NCBI GenBank assembly: GCA_965227295.1
Contig: OZ245742.1
Coordinates: 3,072,001 to 3,136,000 of the forward strand
Length of the DNA stretch: 64,000 bases
Reading direction: 5' to 3'
From: Leptonemataceae bacterium
Lineage (GTDB): Bacteria; Spirochaetota; Leptospiria; Leptospirales; Leptonemataceae
Part shown: in pieces, positions 10,301 to 20,303 of the stretch
Layout of the letters: every line of letters starts with the position of its first letter
Numbering within the stretch: position 1 is the stretch's first letter
Position numbers and translations under genes: made by a program
The notes under the pieces: generated by a model
Database searches by the model: none
The model's input: the letters and a program-made list of their open reading frames with translations, nothing else
What the model was told of the DNA's origin: nothing

Positions 10301-11262
10301 GAATCGCTCCGGCGCACGTAGTCGCGAAGCAGCTTCAGACTCGCCTCACGGTCCTGCGCGGAAAGGGGATAGAGTCCCAGGGGGCGCAGCAGTTGTTGCG
10401 ATTCCGGCGCTAAGATGAACTCAAGGAAACTCAGGGCCCGCGGGTTCGGCCGCTTCGGCGTTCCCGGCGGTGGTAGATAGACATAATAGTAGCGGGCGAG
10501 GGCGTACCGTCCGCTCGTTAAGTTTTCCTCAGTGGGAGCTAAGGCCGCGGACTCCGCGCTTTTTCGCAGGGGCAGGGCGATGACCCCGTCCGTGAGTTCC
10601 GCGGGGCGGGCGTAACCGAAGCCGTGGCTGTAGGCCGGGCCGGTGGCGGCGACGCGGTCCACGAGTTCCAGGGGACCCGGGACCTCCAGCACACGATCCG
10701 AAAACTCGCCGCCCTCTGCGAGAACCGTCGCCTTGAACCAACGGTACCGATCCGATGCCGTGTTCTGGCCGAAGACTTCGAGGGGCCGGTTTTCATGCGG
10801 GCCACCCTCCACTTCCGGGAAGACGTCGATGAGGGAATGCGGCGCTTCGGCGTAAATGCGACGGAGCTCTGCAAGTTCGATGTCTTTCAGCAAAGAAGAC
10901 TGCGGGACGATGACGGCCAGGCCTTCCACGGCCACGGGAACGGCGACGGGTTTCGCGCCGAACGTACGGACGAAGGCGTCGATCTCGGCGTCGGTCATGG
11001 GCCGCGTCATGGGTGCGAAATCGCAGACGCCGTCCCGCAGGGCGCCGGGGGCCGTCGCATTGCCGCGGCCCTCATGGACCGGCGGGGTTTCCAGGTCGGC
11101 CGCGTCGGCGTAACGTTTGGTCCAGTGATCGAAGGCCGTGTTCAGTTCCTCCGTGCCGATGGAACAAAAGCCGTCGTTGAAACGCGCGGGCCCGCGACGG
11201 CAGTGTGCGGTAGTTACGGCGGCAACAATGATTCCAACGATGATCCAGGTACGCAATCGCAT
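10297..11262 (-). CDS. PstS-like periplasmic binding lipoprotein with divergent ligand residues
   Basis: Signal ending TAHC (lipobox-like); APGALRDGVCDFAPMTRPM, VPVAVEGLAVIV, GRYALARYYYVY follow the PstS/PBP pattern. ATG at 11262 preferred over the ORF-track start. Confidence 0.75.
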   Translation of the reverse strand: MRLRTWIIVGIIVAAVTTAHCRRGPARFNDGFCSIGTEELNTAFDHWTKRYADAADLETPPVHEGRGNATAPGALRDGVCDFAPMTRPMTDAEIDAFVRTFGAKPVAVPVAVEGLAVIVPQSSLLKDIELAELRRIYAEAPHSLIDVFPEVEGGPHENRPLEVFGQNTASDRYRWFKATVLAEGGEFSDRVLEVPGPLELVDRVAATGPAYSHGFGYARPAELTDGVIALPLRKSAESAALAPTEENLTSGRYALARYYYVYLPPPGTPKRPNPRALSFLEFILAPESQQLLRPLGLYPLSAQDREASLKLLRDYVRRSDS

Positions 11263-11334
11263 CGATGTGTGATTGCGCCGCAAAGTCGCCGCGTCAACAG
11301 CAAATTTCCGAACGGCCCGGGAAGGCGCCGCGGC

Positions 11335-11763
11335 CTAGCGCCGGTTCGTGGTCAGATTAAAGTTCGTAAGGCCGGCCTGCTGCACCTCGTCGATGACCGC
11401 GATGATGCTCTGATACGAAGCACCGGCGTCGCCCTTGATGTTGATCTCCGGCACGGCGGCCGCGCTCTCTGCCGTCTTCTTCAGCGTTGCGGCCAGGGAC
11501 TCCAGGGGGACTTCCGTTTCGTTTACCAGGACGACACCGTCCGCCTGCACGGCGATATCGATGGCCTCTTCGCCGACGTACGAGGCCGTTTCGGACTTCG
11601 GCAGGTCGATGCGAATGGCCGGCGTTTTGGCCAGGGTGGAGTTGATCAAAAAATAAGCGAGCAGGAGAAATATGATGTCCACCATCGGTGCGAGGTCGAT
11701 GCCGTTGCGGGTCTCCATGACCCGGGCGTGATCGTTCTGAGAGGAGCGCTTAGACTTTCGCAC
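11335..11763 (-). CDS. exbD: Biopolymer transport protein ExbD
   Basis: IDLAPMVDIIFLLLAYFLI, IDLPKS, IKGDAGASYQSIIAVID. Confidence 0.93.
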   Translation of the reverse strand: MRKSKRSSQNDHARVMETRNGIDLAPMVDIIFLLLAYFLINSTLAKTPAIRIDLPKSETASYVGEEAIDIAVQADGVVLVNETEVPLESLAATLKKTAESAAAVPEINIKGDAGASYQSIIAVIDEVQQAGLTNFNLTTNRR

Positions 11764-12403
11764 GCTCTGCTCCGCTCACCGACGCTTCCGCCGTGATGTT
11801 CTGACGTTCCAGTTCTTCGGCGACCTGCTCGGTGAAGGCCGCGGTTTCCGCCGCGATCTGATTCACGCGGTTCGCGAAGTAGTTGTAAGCGATCAGCGCG
11901 GGAATGGCGACGATGAGTCCGAGGGCGGTGGTGATCAGCGCTTCGTCGATTCCGCCGACCAACTGCGCGTTCTGGACTCTTTCGGCGTCGAAGGCGTGAA
12001 AGGATTTGATCATGCCGGTTACGGTGCCGAGCAGGCCGAGCAACGGCGCGATCGTACTGATGGTCCCCAGGGTCTGCAAAAAACGTTTGAGATGGCCGTT
12101 CATGCGCTGGGCTTCGGCGTCGGCAGCGCTGATCAGGTTCAGGCCGCGCCGGGACGATTCGATCAGCGTGCGCACCACGGCGAAGGCGGGATGTGTTCTT
12201 TCGGCGGCGTAATCGGCGGCCCGCTGCAGTTCGCGTTCCCGAATGTGGTCGAGCAACTGATGTTCCTCGTCGACGGAGATGGCCCGGATGCGGAACCACA
12301 GCAGTCGCGCTCGATCGATGATGATCGCCGCGGCGACGATGGAAAGGATGAGGATGATGACCGGGATGAGCCAGTCGGGAACCTGTCGGATGATGTGTGT
12401 CAT
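11750..12403 (-). CDS. exbB: MotA/TolQ/ExbB proton channel
   Basis: LGTISTIAPLLGLLGTVTGMI, GGIDEALITTALGLIVAIPA. Confidence 0.93.
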   Translation of the reverse strand: MTHIIRQVPDWLIPVIILILSIVAAAIIIDRARLLWFRIRAISVDEEHQLLDHIRERELQRAADYAAERTHPAFAVVRTLIESSRRGLNLISAADAEAQRMNGHLKRFLQTLGTISTIAPLLGLLGTVTGMIKSFHAFDAERVQNAQLVGGIDEALITTALGLIVAIPALIAYNYFANRVNQIAAETAAFTEQVAEELERQNITAEASVSGAERAKV

Positions 12404-12406
12404 ATA

Positions 12407-13069
12407 CTAAGTCTCTGAATCGGTTAACTTAAACAAAAGTGAGATTACCACCGTTTCGGTACTCTCCCCCGGCGTGAAGCGGTGTGCCCGGACGCCGTCC
12501 AGGGCGGCCTGATCGAGAATGCCGTAGCCGGAACTGCCGATCACCTCGGCCCCGAGCACGTCGCCGTCCGGACCGACCCGGGCCCGAATGCGCACTCGTC
12601 CCTGCCAGCCCATCTTGCGCGCCATGCGCGGGTAAGTGATGCTGTTCCAGATGGACGTGGTGTGTTGCTGGAGGACGTCGGAGTTGAACCGGCTGACCTC
12701 TTTGACGTTTTTGCCCCCGGCGGGCGGCTGTCTGCCGGCGTCGTCCGGTTTCTGTTCGAGCGGCTTTTGTCGTTTGAGGCTTACGTCAAACGAGCGGCTC
12801 GTTGCGGCCACGGCGGAAAGCTGAAGCTCCCGGCGACGGTCGGAATCCAGGAAACCGCCGAGCACGAGGGGCAACACGATGAACAGGCCGTGGGCCGCCA
12901 CCGAGACGATGATCGCCCGGGAGAACAGGGACCGGCTCAGCGGTTCGTAAGCGGACAGGTCCAGGCTGCCGTAGCCGGATGCGGGACTGTTCGAAGGGGA
13001 CTGCACGACCGCGAACACTCTTTCGCGAGACTTCCAGGCGTCAAATGTAATTTGAGATTGAGTCTCCAT
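12407..13069 (-). CDS. tonB: Energy transducer TonB (start uncertain)
   Basis: TM with SVAAH motif; C-terminal YPRMARKMGWQGRV..SSGYGILDQAAL. Confidence 0.88.
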   Translation of the reverse strand: METQSQITFDAWKSRERVFAVVQSPSNSPASGYGSLDLSAYEPLSRSLFSRAIIVSVAAHGLFIVLPLVLGGFLDSDRRRELQLSAVAATSRSFDVSLKRQKPLEQKPDDAGRQPPAGGKNVKEVSRFNSDVLQQHTTSIWNSITYPRMARKMGWQGRVRIRARVGPDGDVLGAEVIGSSGYGILDQAALDGVRAHRFTPGESTETVVISLLFKLTDSET

Positions 13070-13119
13070 TGCATATAGGCTCTTCCTCTATATGAGATTG
13101 CAAACGAGATTCAATCTCA
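13053..13119. promoter_or_regulatory. Two Fur-like 7-1-7 boxes in the divergent tonB / receptor promoter region
   Basis: TGAGATTGAGTCTCC (13053-13067) and CGAGATTCAATCTCA (13105-13119, core GAGATT-C-AATCTC is a perfect palindrome); extra half site TGAGATTG at 13093-13100. Confidence 0.7.
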
Positions 13120-13201
13120 AAAAGGATGGACAGCCACGTGCCGTCTGGAATCAGTGCCCACGAAACGCGGGACGGTGCCCGCGCAACGCAACAGAGGCAA
13201 G

Positions 13202-15607
13202 ATGCAAGAGAGAATTCATAAAGTTTCTTATATAATTTCCGGCGTATTGCTCGCCGCGATTCTGGCCGGTGTCCCGGCCGATCTGCGTGCGCAGCCGGCT
13301 CATGCTCCGGACGATGAGCAGGCGCCGCCAGGCGAAGAAGGTACGCCGGAAGACGGCGAAGACGACATCGTCATCGAGGGCCAGGACGCCCGGGAGGGGG
13401 AGTACATCCGCCGCCGGGCGCCGGGGGTCATCAAGTCGGACGCGTCGATTATGGAGACACCGTCCACCGTGCAGATCATTCCGCGCCAGGTCTATGAAGA
13501 CCAGAAGGCCGACAACCTCGGCGAGGCGGCTCGCAACGTTTCGAACGTGATCGACGCTTCGCAGCTCGGCGTCGGCGACAATCTCTACATTCGCGGTTTC
13601 CAGACGTTCCTGTTCAACATCGACGGTCTGCCGAATACGGCCGGCCTCGCCGGTTACGCGCCGCGGGAGATGAGTCGTTACGAACACATTGAAATCTCGA
13701 AGGGGCCTTCGTCGGTACTCTTCGGCGCCATTGAACCCGGCGGCGCCATCAACCTGGTTACGAAGAAACCCGAGGCCGAAGCGAAGTACACCGCGGAAGT
13801 CTCTCACGGTCGTTGGGATAACAACGCGGCCACGTTGGATTTCACCGGGCCGCTGACGGAAGATCGCACGTTGCTCTATCGATTGATCGGCACGTATCGT
13901 TCGGCGGACAGCTTTCGCGATGAGGTGGAGACCGAGCGCGGTTTCGTCGCCCCGTCGTTGTCCTGGTTCATCACCCCCGATACCATGCTGACGGTTTTCG
14001 CGCACTATCAACGCGACGTCATCAAAAACGACCGCGGCGTTCCGGCGCCCCGGGATACGAACACCGCGGCCCTGCGCGAATTGTATGCGGCTCAGGCTCC
14101 GGCGTTGTTGCAGACGGCATTCTCCGCGCGGGAGTTGTTTCCGGAAGAGTTCCAGCTCAGCGACGCCGTCTACACCGAGAAGTACTTCGGGAACATGGAG
14201 GGCGAGCAGAACGAACAGGTTCAGGGCGGCGCCGGTTATTCGATCGAAAGCGAGTTCGATCACTGGATTCTGCGTCATCGCAGTCAGGGCGAATCATCCG
14301 CGACGAAGGACAACCGGACCACCGTCACCGGCGTCGACCCCGACAACCGTACGGTCTCGCGACGTTACGACGAGCGCGCCTGGTACATCGCCAGCTACAA
14401 TACCCAGCTCGCTGCCGAGGGCAAGTACGAGAGCGACGGCGTGGTGCATCGTCCGTATCTCGGCGTGGACTTTACGCACACGTTTCTGCACGTGAACATC
14501 ATGGATCAGTACTCCGACGCCGGACGTAAGGATCTTTTTCTTTCGGATTCCGAGCGCGCGTTCTTCGACGATCCCTCGAACATTGCCGGCGTGCTGATCG
14601 CCGAGAACTTCGATCCCGGCGTGAATCCGAAGTCGTTCTTTCCGGTGCCCATCGGTTTTAAGCTGCGCCTGAACAGCACCGGCGTTACCGGTCGCTACCA
14701 GCTTTCGCTCGGGGAGATGTGGCATGTGCTCGCCGGGGCGCGCTACGACAACGTGCAGGGTTTCGCCCGGGACGAAAGTTACGGGCTCCGCGAACAGCTC
14801 TTCTTCGTGCCGAGCATTACACCGACGCTCTACACTAACCCGCGAAGAATCAGCATTAAGGCGGATTCCATCAATCCCCAGGGCGGCCTGCTGTTTCGGC
14901 CCATTAAACAAATTTCGTTCTACGCCGGCGCGTCCACCTCGTTCACCCAGGACTACGTCGTCCTCCTGCAGGGCGGCCTCGCTCCTGAACCGGTGGAGAG
15001 TGTCGGTTACGAAGGCGGCGTGAAGTTTCAGTTCTTCGACGAAAAGATGACCGCCACGGTGGCCGGCTTCGAGATTCGCAAGAGCAACATCGCCGTCCCC
15101 GATCCCCTGGACATCGGCCGGTTGATTCAGTCCGGCGAACAAACGCACCGCGGCTGGGAAGTGGACTTGCTCGCATCCCCGGCGGCCGGCCTGGACCTGA
15201 TCGCCTCCTACGGTTACATCGAAGCGGAGATCACGAAAGACGAAACCCGCGATCCGGATACCGGCAAGAAGATCCTCGAAGGCAATCGCCCGGGCCTGGT
15301 GCCGGAACACACGGCGAGTTTCTGGGTGGTCTACGAGTTTCAGCGCGGTTTCGCGCGGGGTTTCGGTCTCGGCGGCGGGGCGTACTACAACTCAGAGCGT
15401 TACGCCACCGGTGAAAACGTCCTGGTGCTGCCCCAGTATACCATTGCGAACGCGCTGGTCTATTATCGTTTCACCGAGTCCGTACGGGCTTCCGTGACGG
15501 TAAAGAATCTTTACAATGAACGCTACTATGCCGGGGCGACGAATCGCTTTCAGGTGCATCCCGGTCGGCCCTTTGAAGCGATCTTCGCCGTCGATGCAAG
15601 CTTTTGA
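13202..15607 (+). CDS. TonB-dependent siderophore receptor
   Basis: Signal peptide, TonB-box-like DIVIEG, ETPSTVQII, IRGF, IEISKGPSSVLFG..PGGAINLVTKKP, NLYNERYY, C-terminal F. ATG 13202 has an AGAGG RBS. Confidence 0.95.
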   Translation: MQERIHKVSYIISGVLLAAILAGVPADLRAQPAHAPDDEQAPPGEEGTPEDGEDDIVIEGQDAREGEYIRRRAPGVIKSDASIMETPSTVQIIPRQVYEDQKADNLGEAARNVSNVIDASQLGVGDNLYIRGFQTFLFNIDGLPNTAGLAGYAPREMSRYEHIEISKGPSSVLFGAIEPGGAINLVTKKPEAEAKYTAEVSHGRWDNNAATLDFTGPLTEDRTLLYRLIGTYRSADSFRDEVETERGFVAPSLSWFITPDTMLTVFAHYQRDVIKNDRGVPAPRDTNTAALRELYAAQAPALLQTAFSARELFPEEFQLSDAVYTEKYFGNMEGEQNEQVQGGAGYSIESEFDHWILRHRSQGESSATKDNRTTVTGVDPDNRTVSRRYDERAWYIASYNTQLAAEGKYESDGVVHRPYLGVDFTHTFLHVNIMDQYSDAGRKDLFLSDSERAFFDDPSNIAGVLIAENFDPGVNPKSFFPVPIGFKLRLNSTGVTGRYQLSLGEMWHVLAGARYDNVQGFARDESYGLREQLFFVPSITPTLYTNPRRISIKADSINPQGGLLFRPIKQISFYAGASTSFTQDYVVLLQGGLAPEPVESVGYEGGVKFQFFDEKMTATVAGFEIRKSNIAVPDPLDIGRLIQSGEQTHRGWEVDLLASPAAGLDLIASYGYIEAEITKDETRDPDTGKKILEGNRPGLVPEHTASFWVVYEFQRGFARGFGLGGGAYYNSERYATGENVLVLPQYTIANALVYYRFTESVRASVTVKNLYNERYYAGATNRFQVHPGRPFEAIFAVDASF

Positions 15608-15624
15608 TCAGGAGGACTTAGCAA

Positions 15625-17019
15625 ATGTCAGCAAACTACGCGATCATTACCGGTCTGGAACTTCGGGATCTCTCGCCCGACGAACACCTGGTGCGCGGTC
15701 AGGCGATCGAGTCCGCCGCGCGTTCGTATCCCCGGCGCATTCCCATCACCGTATCGGAGGCCCGGGGCCTGCGCCTCACCGATACTCGCGGTCAGACCTT
15801 CATCGACTGCCTGGCCTGCGCCGGCGCCCTGCCGTTGGGTCACAATCATCCCGAGGTCAACGCGGCGGTGATCGATTATCTGCAAAGCAACGGCCCGTCC
15901 CAGGCGCTGGACCTGATGACGTCGGCGAAGTCCGCGTTCATGGACGCGCTCTTCGGCGTGCTGCCGGCGCACTGGCGCGAAGACTATCGCGTGTTGTTTT
16001 GCGGGCCGGGCGGATCGGACGCCGTCGAGGCCGCGACGAAACTCGCGCGCATTGCCACGGGCAACGAAACCATCCTTTCGTTCCAGGGCGGCTACCACGG
16101 TATGTCGCAGTCCAGCCTCGGACTCACCGGCAATCACGGGGCCAAAAAAGGTCTCCCGGGCAACGGCGGCCAGGTTCAATTTTTGCCGTATCCTGTGATT
16201 TATAGGTCCCCCTTCGGTTCCACCGAGTTCGAGGCCGCCGAACGCAACTTTCGTTACATCAACGATTTTCTGCACGATCCGGAAAGCGGCATTGCCCGCC
16301 CCGCCGGCATGATTCTCGAAATGATTCAGGGCGAGGGCGGGGTGAATCCGGCGCCGGTGAGCTGGCTGCAACGCCTGCGTCGTCTCACCCGTTCCCTCCG
16401 CATTCCCATGATCGTCGACGAAGTGCAGACGGGTCTCGGTCGTACGGGCGATATGTTCGCCTTCCAACACGCCGGCATTGAACCGGATATCCTGGTGTTA
16501 TCGAAGGCGATCGGCGGCGGCTTCCCCCTGGCGGTGGTTGTCTATCGTAAGGAACTGGATGTGTGGGGACCGGGTGCGCACGCCGGTACGTTTCGCGGCA
16601 ATCAGATCGCCATGGTCGCCGGGGCGAAGACCATCGAGATCCTGGTGCGCGACGGCATCGTCGATCGCGTGCGTGAGATGGGCGCGTTCCTGCGCCAGGA
16701 GTTGCAACGTCTTGCGGATCGTTTTGCGTTTATCGGTAACGTGCGCGGCCGCGGTCTCATGCTGGGCATGGAAATCGTATCCACCGTCGAAGACGACGTC
16801 GATGCCCAGGGCTATCCCGCACCGGCGCCGAATACCGCGCGGCGTTTGCAGCGTTTGCTGCTGGAGCGCGGGTTGATCGTCGAGCCCGGCGGTCGTTTCG
16901 GTTGTGTGCTGCGTTTTCTGCCGCCGTTGACCCTCGACGAGGAAGATGTAGAACGCATCGTCGCGATCCTCGATGCAGGCTTCACGGCGCTGTCCCGCGA
17001 AGCTGAGGCGGAAGGCTGA
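15625..17019 (+). CDS. dat: Diaminobutyrate--2-oxoglutarate aminotransferase (RhbA/Dat type)
   Basis: SAARSYPRRIP, FIDCLACAGALPLGHNHP, IQGEGG, DEVQTG, SKAIGGG, HAGTFRGNQ. Confidence 0.92.
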   Translation: MSANYAIITGLELRDLSPDEHLVRGQAIESAARSYPRRIPITVSEARGLRLTDTRGQTFIDCLACAGALPLGHNHPEVNAAVIDYLQSNGPSQALDLMTSAKSAFMDALFGVLPAHWREDYRVLFCGPGGSDAVEAATKLARIATGNETILSFQGGYHGMSQSSLGLTGNHGAKKGLPGNGGQVQFLPYPVIYRSPFGSTEFEAAERNFRYINDFLHDPESGIARPAGMILEMIQGEGGVNPAPVSWLQRLRRLTRSLRIPMIVDEVQTGLGRTGDMFAFQHAGIEPDILVLSKAIGGGFPLAVVVYRKELDVWGPGAHAGTFRGNQIAMVAGAKTIEILVRDGIVDRVREMGAFLRQELQRLADRFAFIGNVRGRGLMLGMEIVSTVEDDVDAQGYPAPAPNTARRLQRLLLERGLIVEPGGRFGCVLRFLPPLTLDEEDVERIVAILDAGFTALSREAEAEG

Positions 17020-17020
17020 C

Positions 17021-18493
17021 GTGACCACGGCATCGAATCAAGAACTGCGCGAAATCGGCGAGCGCATTCGGGATCTCTTAGACGCGCTGGCGACGCAACG
17101 CGAAAGCGAGGACCGTCGCAGTCTCGCAAGCACCCCGGAAGAAACGCGAGAATTTTTGGCGGGCCTGGGGGATTGGTTCCCCGAGGAGCCGCTAACTTTC
17201 AATGAGTTAAAGTCTGAGATGATCGAAACGGCCCGGCGGTGCGTGGACGTGCGTCATCCGTTTACCGCGGCGCATTTGCACTGCCCGCCGCTGGCGGACG
17301 CCGTCGCGGCCGACGCCCTGGTCTCCGCGCTGAATCCTTCGATGGATTCCTGGGACCAGTCCGGTGCGGCCACCGTCGTGGAGAGTGAGCTGATTCGCCG
17401 GCTCGGCGAAGAATGTTTTGCCGCGCATACGACTGACGGCGTCTTCAGCAGCGGCGGTACGCAATCGAATCTCATGGGCCTGCTGCTCGCGCGGGAATGG
17501 GCCGTAAAAAAATGGACGCGTAGTTCGGTCTTCCAGGACGGCCTGCCCGAGGATCACCGGCGCTATCGCATTCTCTGTTCGGAAAACGCGCACTTCAGCG
17601 CGCTCAAAGCCGCCGCATTGCTCGGCCTCGGCGCGCGCTCCCTGGTGAAGGTAGGCGTCGACGAGGCCGGCCGCCTTGCGCCGGACGATCTTGCACGGGC
17701 GCATGCGGAACTACTAACTCACGGTGAACGCCCCTTTGTAGTTTTCGCCACGGCCGGCAGCACGGACCACGGCGCCGTCGACGATCTGAACGCCGTGGCG
17801 GACTTCTGCGATGCAAACGATCTGTGGATGCACGTGGACGCCGCGTACGGCGGCGCGCTCCTGTTCAGCCGTCAGCGCGATCGTTTGCGCGGGATCGAAC
17901 GCGCTCGCTCGGTGACCATGGACTTTCACAAGCTGTTCTTTCAGCCCATCGCGTGCAGCGCCTTTCTCGTCCGCCGGGCGGAGGATCTCAGCGCGATCAC
18001 CTACAACGCCGACTACCTCAATCGCGAGGACGACGTCTTCCCGAACCTGGTCGACAAATCCCTCGCGACCACCCGCCGCTTCGACGCCTTCAAGCTCTTC
18101 GTTTCCCTGCGCGGCCTCGGCCGCCGGAAATTCGCGGAGTACATCGACACGCTCCTGGAACTCACTCGATCCGCCGCGACGTTGCTGGCCGGACGCGAGG
18201 ACTTCGAACTGCTCGCGGAACCGCAGCTTACGACGGTGCTCTTTCGGTTGATCGACCCGCACGGCCAGTGGAGCGCGGAGGAAACCGACGCACGCAACAC
18301 ATCCGTGCGGGAGCAGTTGATCCGGAGCGGTGCGGCCGTGGTCGGCGAGAGCCGGGTGAACGGCCGGACGGCTCTTAAGTTTACGTTCATGAATCCTTAC
18401 TGCGAGGTCCAGGACGTAGTGGAACTCATTCAATGGATCGCGCGTGCGAGCGCGCACGATGCCGAGCACATGCCGGTGAGTAACGGAGGCTAA
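17021..18493 (+). CDS. ddc: PLP-dependent diaminobutyrate decarboxylase (RhbB/Ddc type)
   Basis: AHLHCP, NPSMDSWDQS, GGTQSNLMGL, HVDAAYGG, DFHK, KSLATTRRFDAFK. GTG start 1 nt after the upstream stop. Confidence 0.9.
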   Translation: MTTASNQELREIGERIRDLLDALATQRESEDRRSLASTPEETREFLAGLGDWFPEEPLTFNELKSEMIETARRCVDVRHPFTAAHLHCPPLADAVAADALVSALNPSMDSWDQSGAATVVESELIRRLGEECFAAHTTDGVFSSGGTQSNLMGLLLAREWAVKKWTRSSVFQDGLPEDHRRYRILCSENAHFSALKAAALLGLGARSLVKVGVDEAGRLAPDDLARAHAELLTHGERPFVVFATAGSTDHGAVDDLNAVADFCDANDLWMHVDAAYGGALLFSRQRDRLRGIERARSVTMDFHKLFFQPIACSAFLVRRAEDLSAITYNADYLNREDDVFPNLVDKSLATTRRFDAFKLFVSLRGLGRRKFAEYIDTLLELTRSAATLLAGREDFELLAEPQLTTVLFRLIDPHGQWSAEETDARNTSVREQLIRSGAAVVGESRVNGRTALKFTFMNPYCEVQDVVELIQWIARASAHDAEHMPVSNGG

Positions 18494-18494
18494 T

Positions 18495-20303
18495 ATGCAG
18501 AAAACACAGGTTAAAGTTGATTTTAGTTATCAGGCGGTCTTGAACTGCTTCTTGCGCGAGACGGCGGACTGGAGCCGGCTCCCCCTCGAACACGAAGCCT
18601 GCCCGGAGGAATTTCGGGAGGCCGGGCTGGACTCTTTCGCGTTGATTCCGCTGACCGGAGAACGAGAAATCGCCGTGGGCATTCGGTACCACTCGTTGAC
18701 TCTGCGCCATCAACTACAGTTCCCGGTACTCACGCGTGCGCGCGGCGAGGCCTGGCATAGAATGGACCTGGCGGATTTTGTAGAGCAAAGCCTGCGCAGC
18801 ACGGCGGAGAAATTGAACGTGAAACGCCGGCCGGAGCCGGAGTTGCTGATCCGCAAAATTCAGAACAGCGCCGCGAACATCGAGCGATTCATTGAAGCGC
18901 GCTCGGCGGATATAACGGCGCTCAACAGCGCGGCGCCGCAATCGTTCATCGAGTCCGAGCAGAGTTTGCTCATCGGTCACCAGACGCATCCCGTCGGCAA
19001 AACGCGTGAGGGTTTCGACGATGCGGAGATGGAACTCTATTCGCCGGAGTTGCAGGGCCGCTTCGCGCTGCATTTTTTTCGAGTGCATCCATCCGTGCTG
19101 CACAGCGACTCCGCCGTTCCCGGCCGGAGCACGGATCAAATCTTACGCGACATGATCGCGCAGGATCCCGCGGTGAGCGCGGAGTTCCGTGAACGTTGCG
19201 ATGAAAAGCGCGATTGGGCGCTGCTTCCCGTGCATCCCTGGCAGGCGCGGTACGTGCGGGAGCACGTGCCGGAAGTGCGCGAGTTGTTTGCGCAAGGTTT
19301 GCTGGAGGACCTCGGCCCGGCGGGTTCGGAGTTCACGCCGACGACTTCGATCCGTACGGTCTATCGCGAAGGTTTTGAGTTCATGTTTAAGTTTTCGCTG
19401 AACGTGAAGATCACCAACAGCGTGCGTGTCAGCCTCGCGCGGGAACTGGATCGCTCCGTGGAGATGGCGCGACTCATGTCGACCGACTACGGTCGGACGA
19501 TCCAGGCGGACGTGCCCGAATTCGTGTTCATCCAGGATCCGGCGTACGTCGCGGTGAAATGGAACGGCAAAGTGATCGAACCGCTGTCGTGTACGCTGCG
19601 CGACGCCGCAACGGTGAACGGTGTCCAGGACATCAGCGCGGTGGCCGCCCTGGTCCAGGATCACCCGCGCGGCGGCGTGCCGCGTTTGGGCAGCATCATC
19701 GAAGGCATTGCCGCGCGCGAAAGCCGCGATGTCGAAGCCGTCAGCCTCGATTGGTATCGCGCGTACTTAAGCGTGAGCATCTACAATCTGCTCAAACTGT
19801 TCTTCAAGTGGGGCCTGTGTTTCGAAGCGCACGGTCAAAATTCGTTGCTGGAACTCAAGAACGGTTATCCGGTGCGGTACTTTTACCGCGACAGCCAGGG
19901 ATACTTTCATCGCGCCGCCGCTCATGAGGACTTCACGAAGGTCATTCCGCGATTGGGCGAAGTCACCGAGTCGATCTTTCCCGAGGACCTCGCCAACGAA
20001 CGTCTGGTCTATTATCTCATCGTGAACCAGGTTTTTTCGATCATCAACGCGCTGGGAACCCAGGGCCTGGCCGACGAACACGAACTCATGCGTGAGTTCG
20101 ATGTCATGCTGGATCGTGTCGCCGAAGACGGCGCGCGTTATCCGACGACGATGATCGATCAGCTCAAGAACCTGGAACGTCTCCCGTGCAAAGGCAATCT
20201 GCTCACGCAGTTGTTCGACATGGACGAACTGGTGGGGGACATCGCGACGCAGTCGGTGTACGTTACGATTCCGAACATCGTAAGGCAAGGGGGAGTCGGA
20301 TGA
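18495..20303 (+). CDS. IucA/IucC-family NIS siderophore synthetase (RhbC/type A-like)
   Basis: SEQSLLIGHQTHPVGK, LPVHPWQ, PTTSIRTV, KFSLNVKITNSVR, EAHGQN, YRDSQG. Confidence 0.93.
   Translation: MQKTQVKVDFSYQAVLNCFLRETADWSRLPLEHEACPEEFREAGLDSFALIPLTGEREIAVGIRYHSLTLRHQLQFPVLTRARGEAWHRMDLADFVEQSLRSTAEKLNVKRRPEPELLIRKIQNSAANIERFIEARSADITALNSAAPQSFIESEQSLLIGHQTHPVGKTREGFDDAEMELYSPELQGRFALHFFRVHPSVLHSDSAVPGRSTDQILRDMIAQDPAVSAEFRERCDEKRDWALLPVHPWQARYVREHVPEVRELFAQGLLEDLGPAGSEFTPTTSIRTVYREGFEFMFKFSLNVKITNSVRVSLARELDRSVEMARLMSTDYGRTIQADVPEFVFIQDPAYVAVKWNGKVIEPLSCTLRDAATVNGVQDISAVAALVQDHPRGGVPRLGSIIEGIAARESRDVEAVSLDWYRAYLSVSIYNLLKLFFKWGLCFEAHGQNSLLELKNGYPVRYFYRDSQGYFHRAAAHEDFTKVIPRLGEVTESIFPEDLANERLVYYLIVNQVFSIINALGTQGLADEHELMREFDVMLDRVAEDGARYPTTMIDQLKNLERLPCKGNLLTQLFDMDELVGDIATQSVYVTIPNIVRQGGVG

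Noticed and set aside
15625..17019. Ectoine biosynthesis (ectB)
   Set aside because: No ectA or ectC; the gene is coupled to a decarboxylase and NIS genes, indicating diaminopropane supply.
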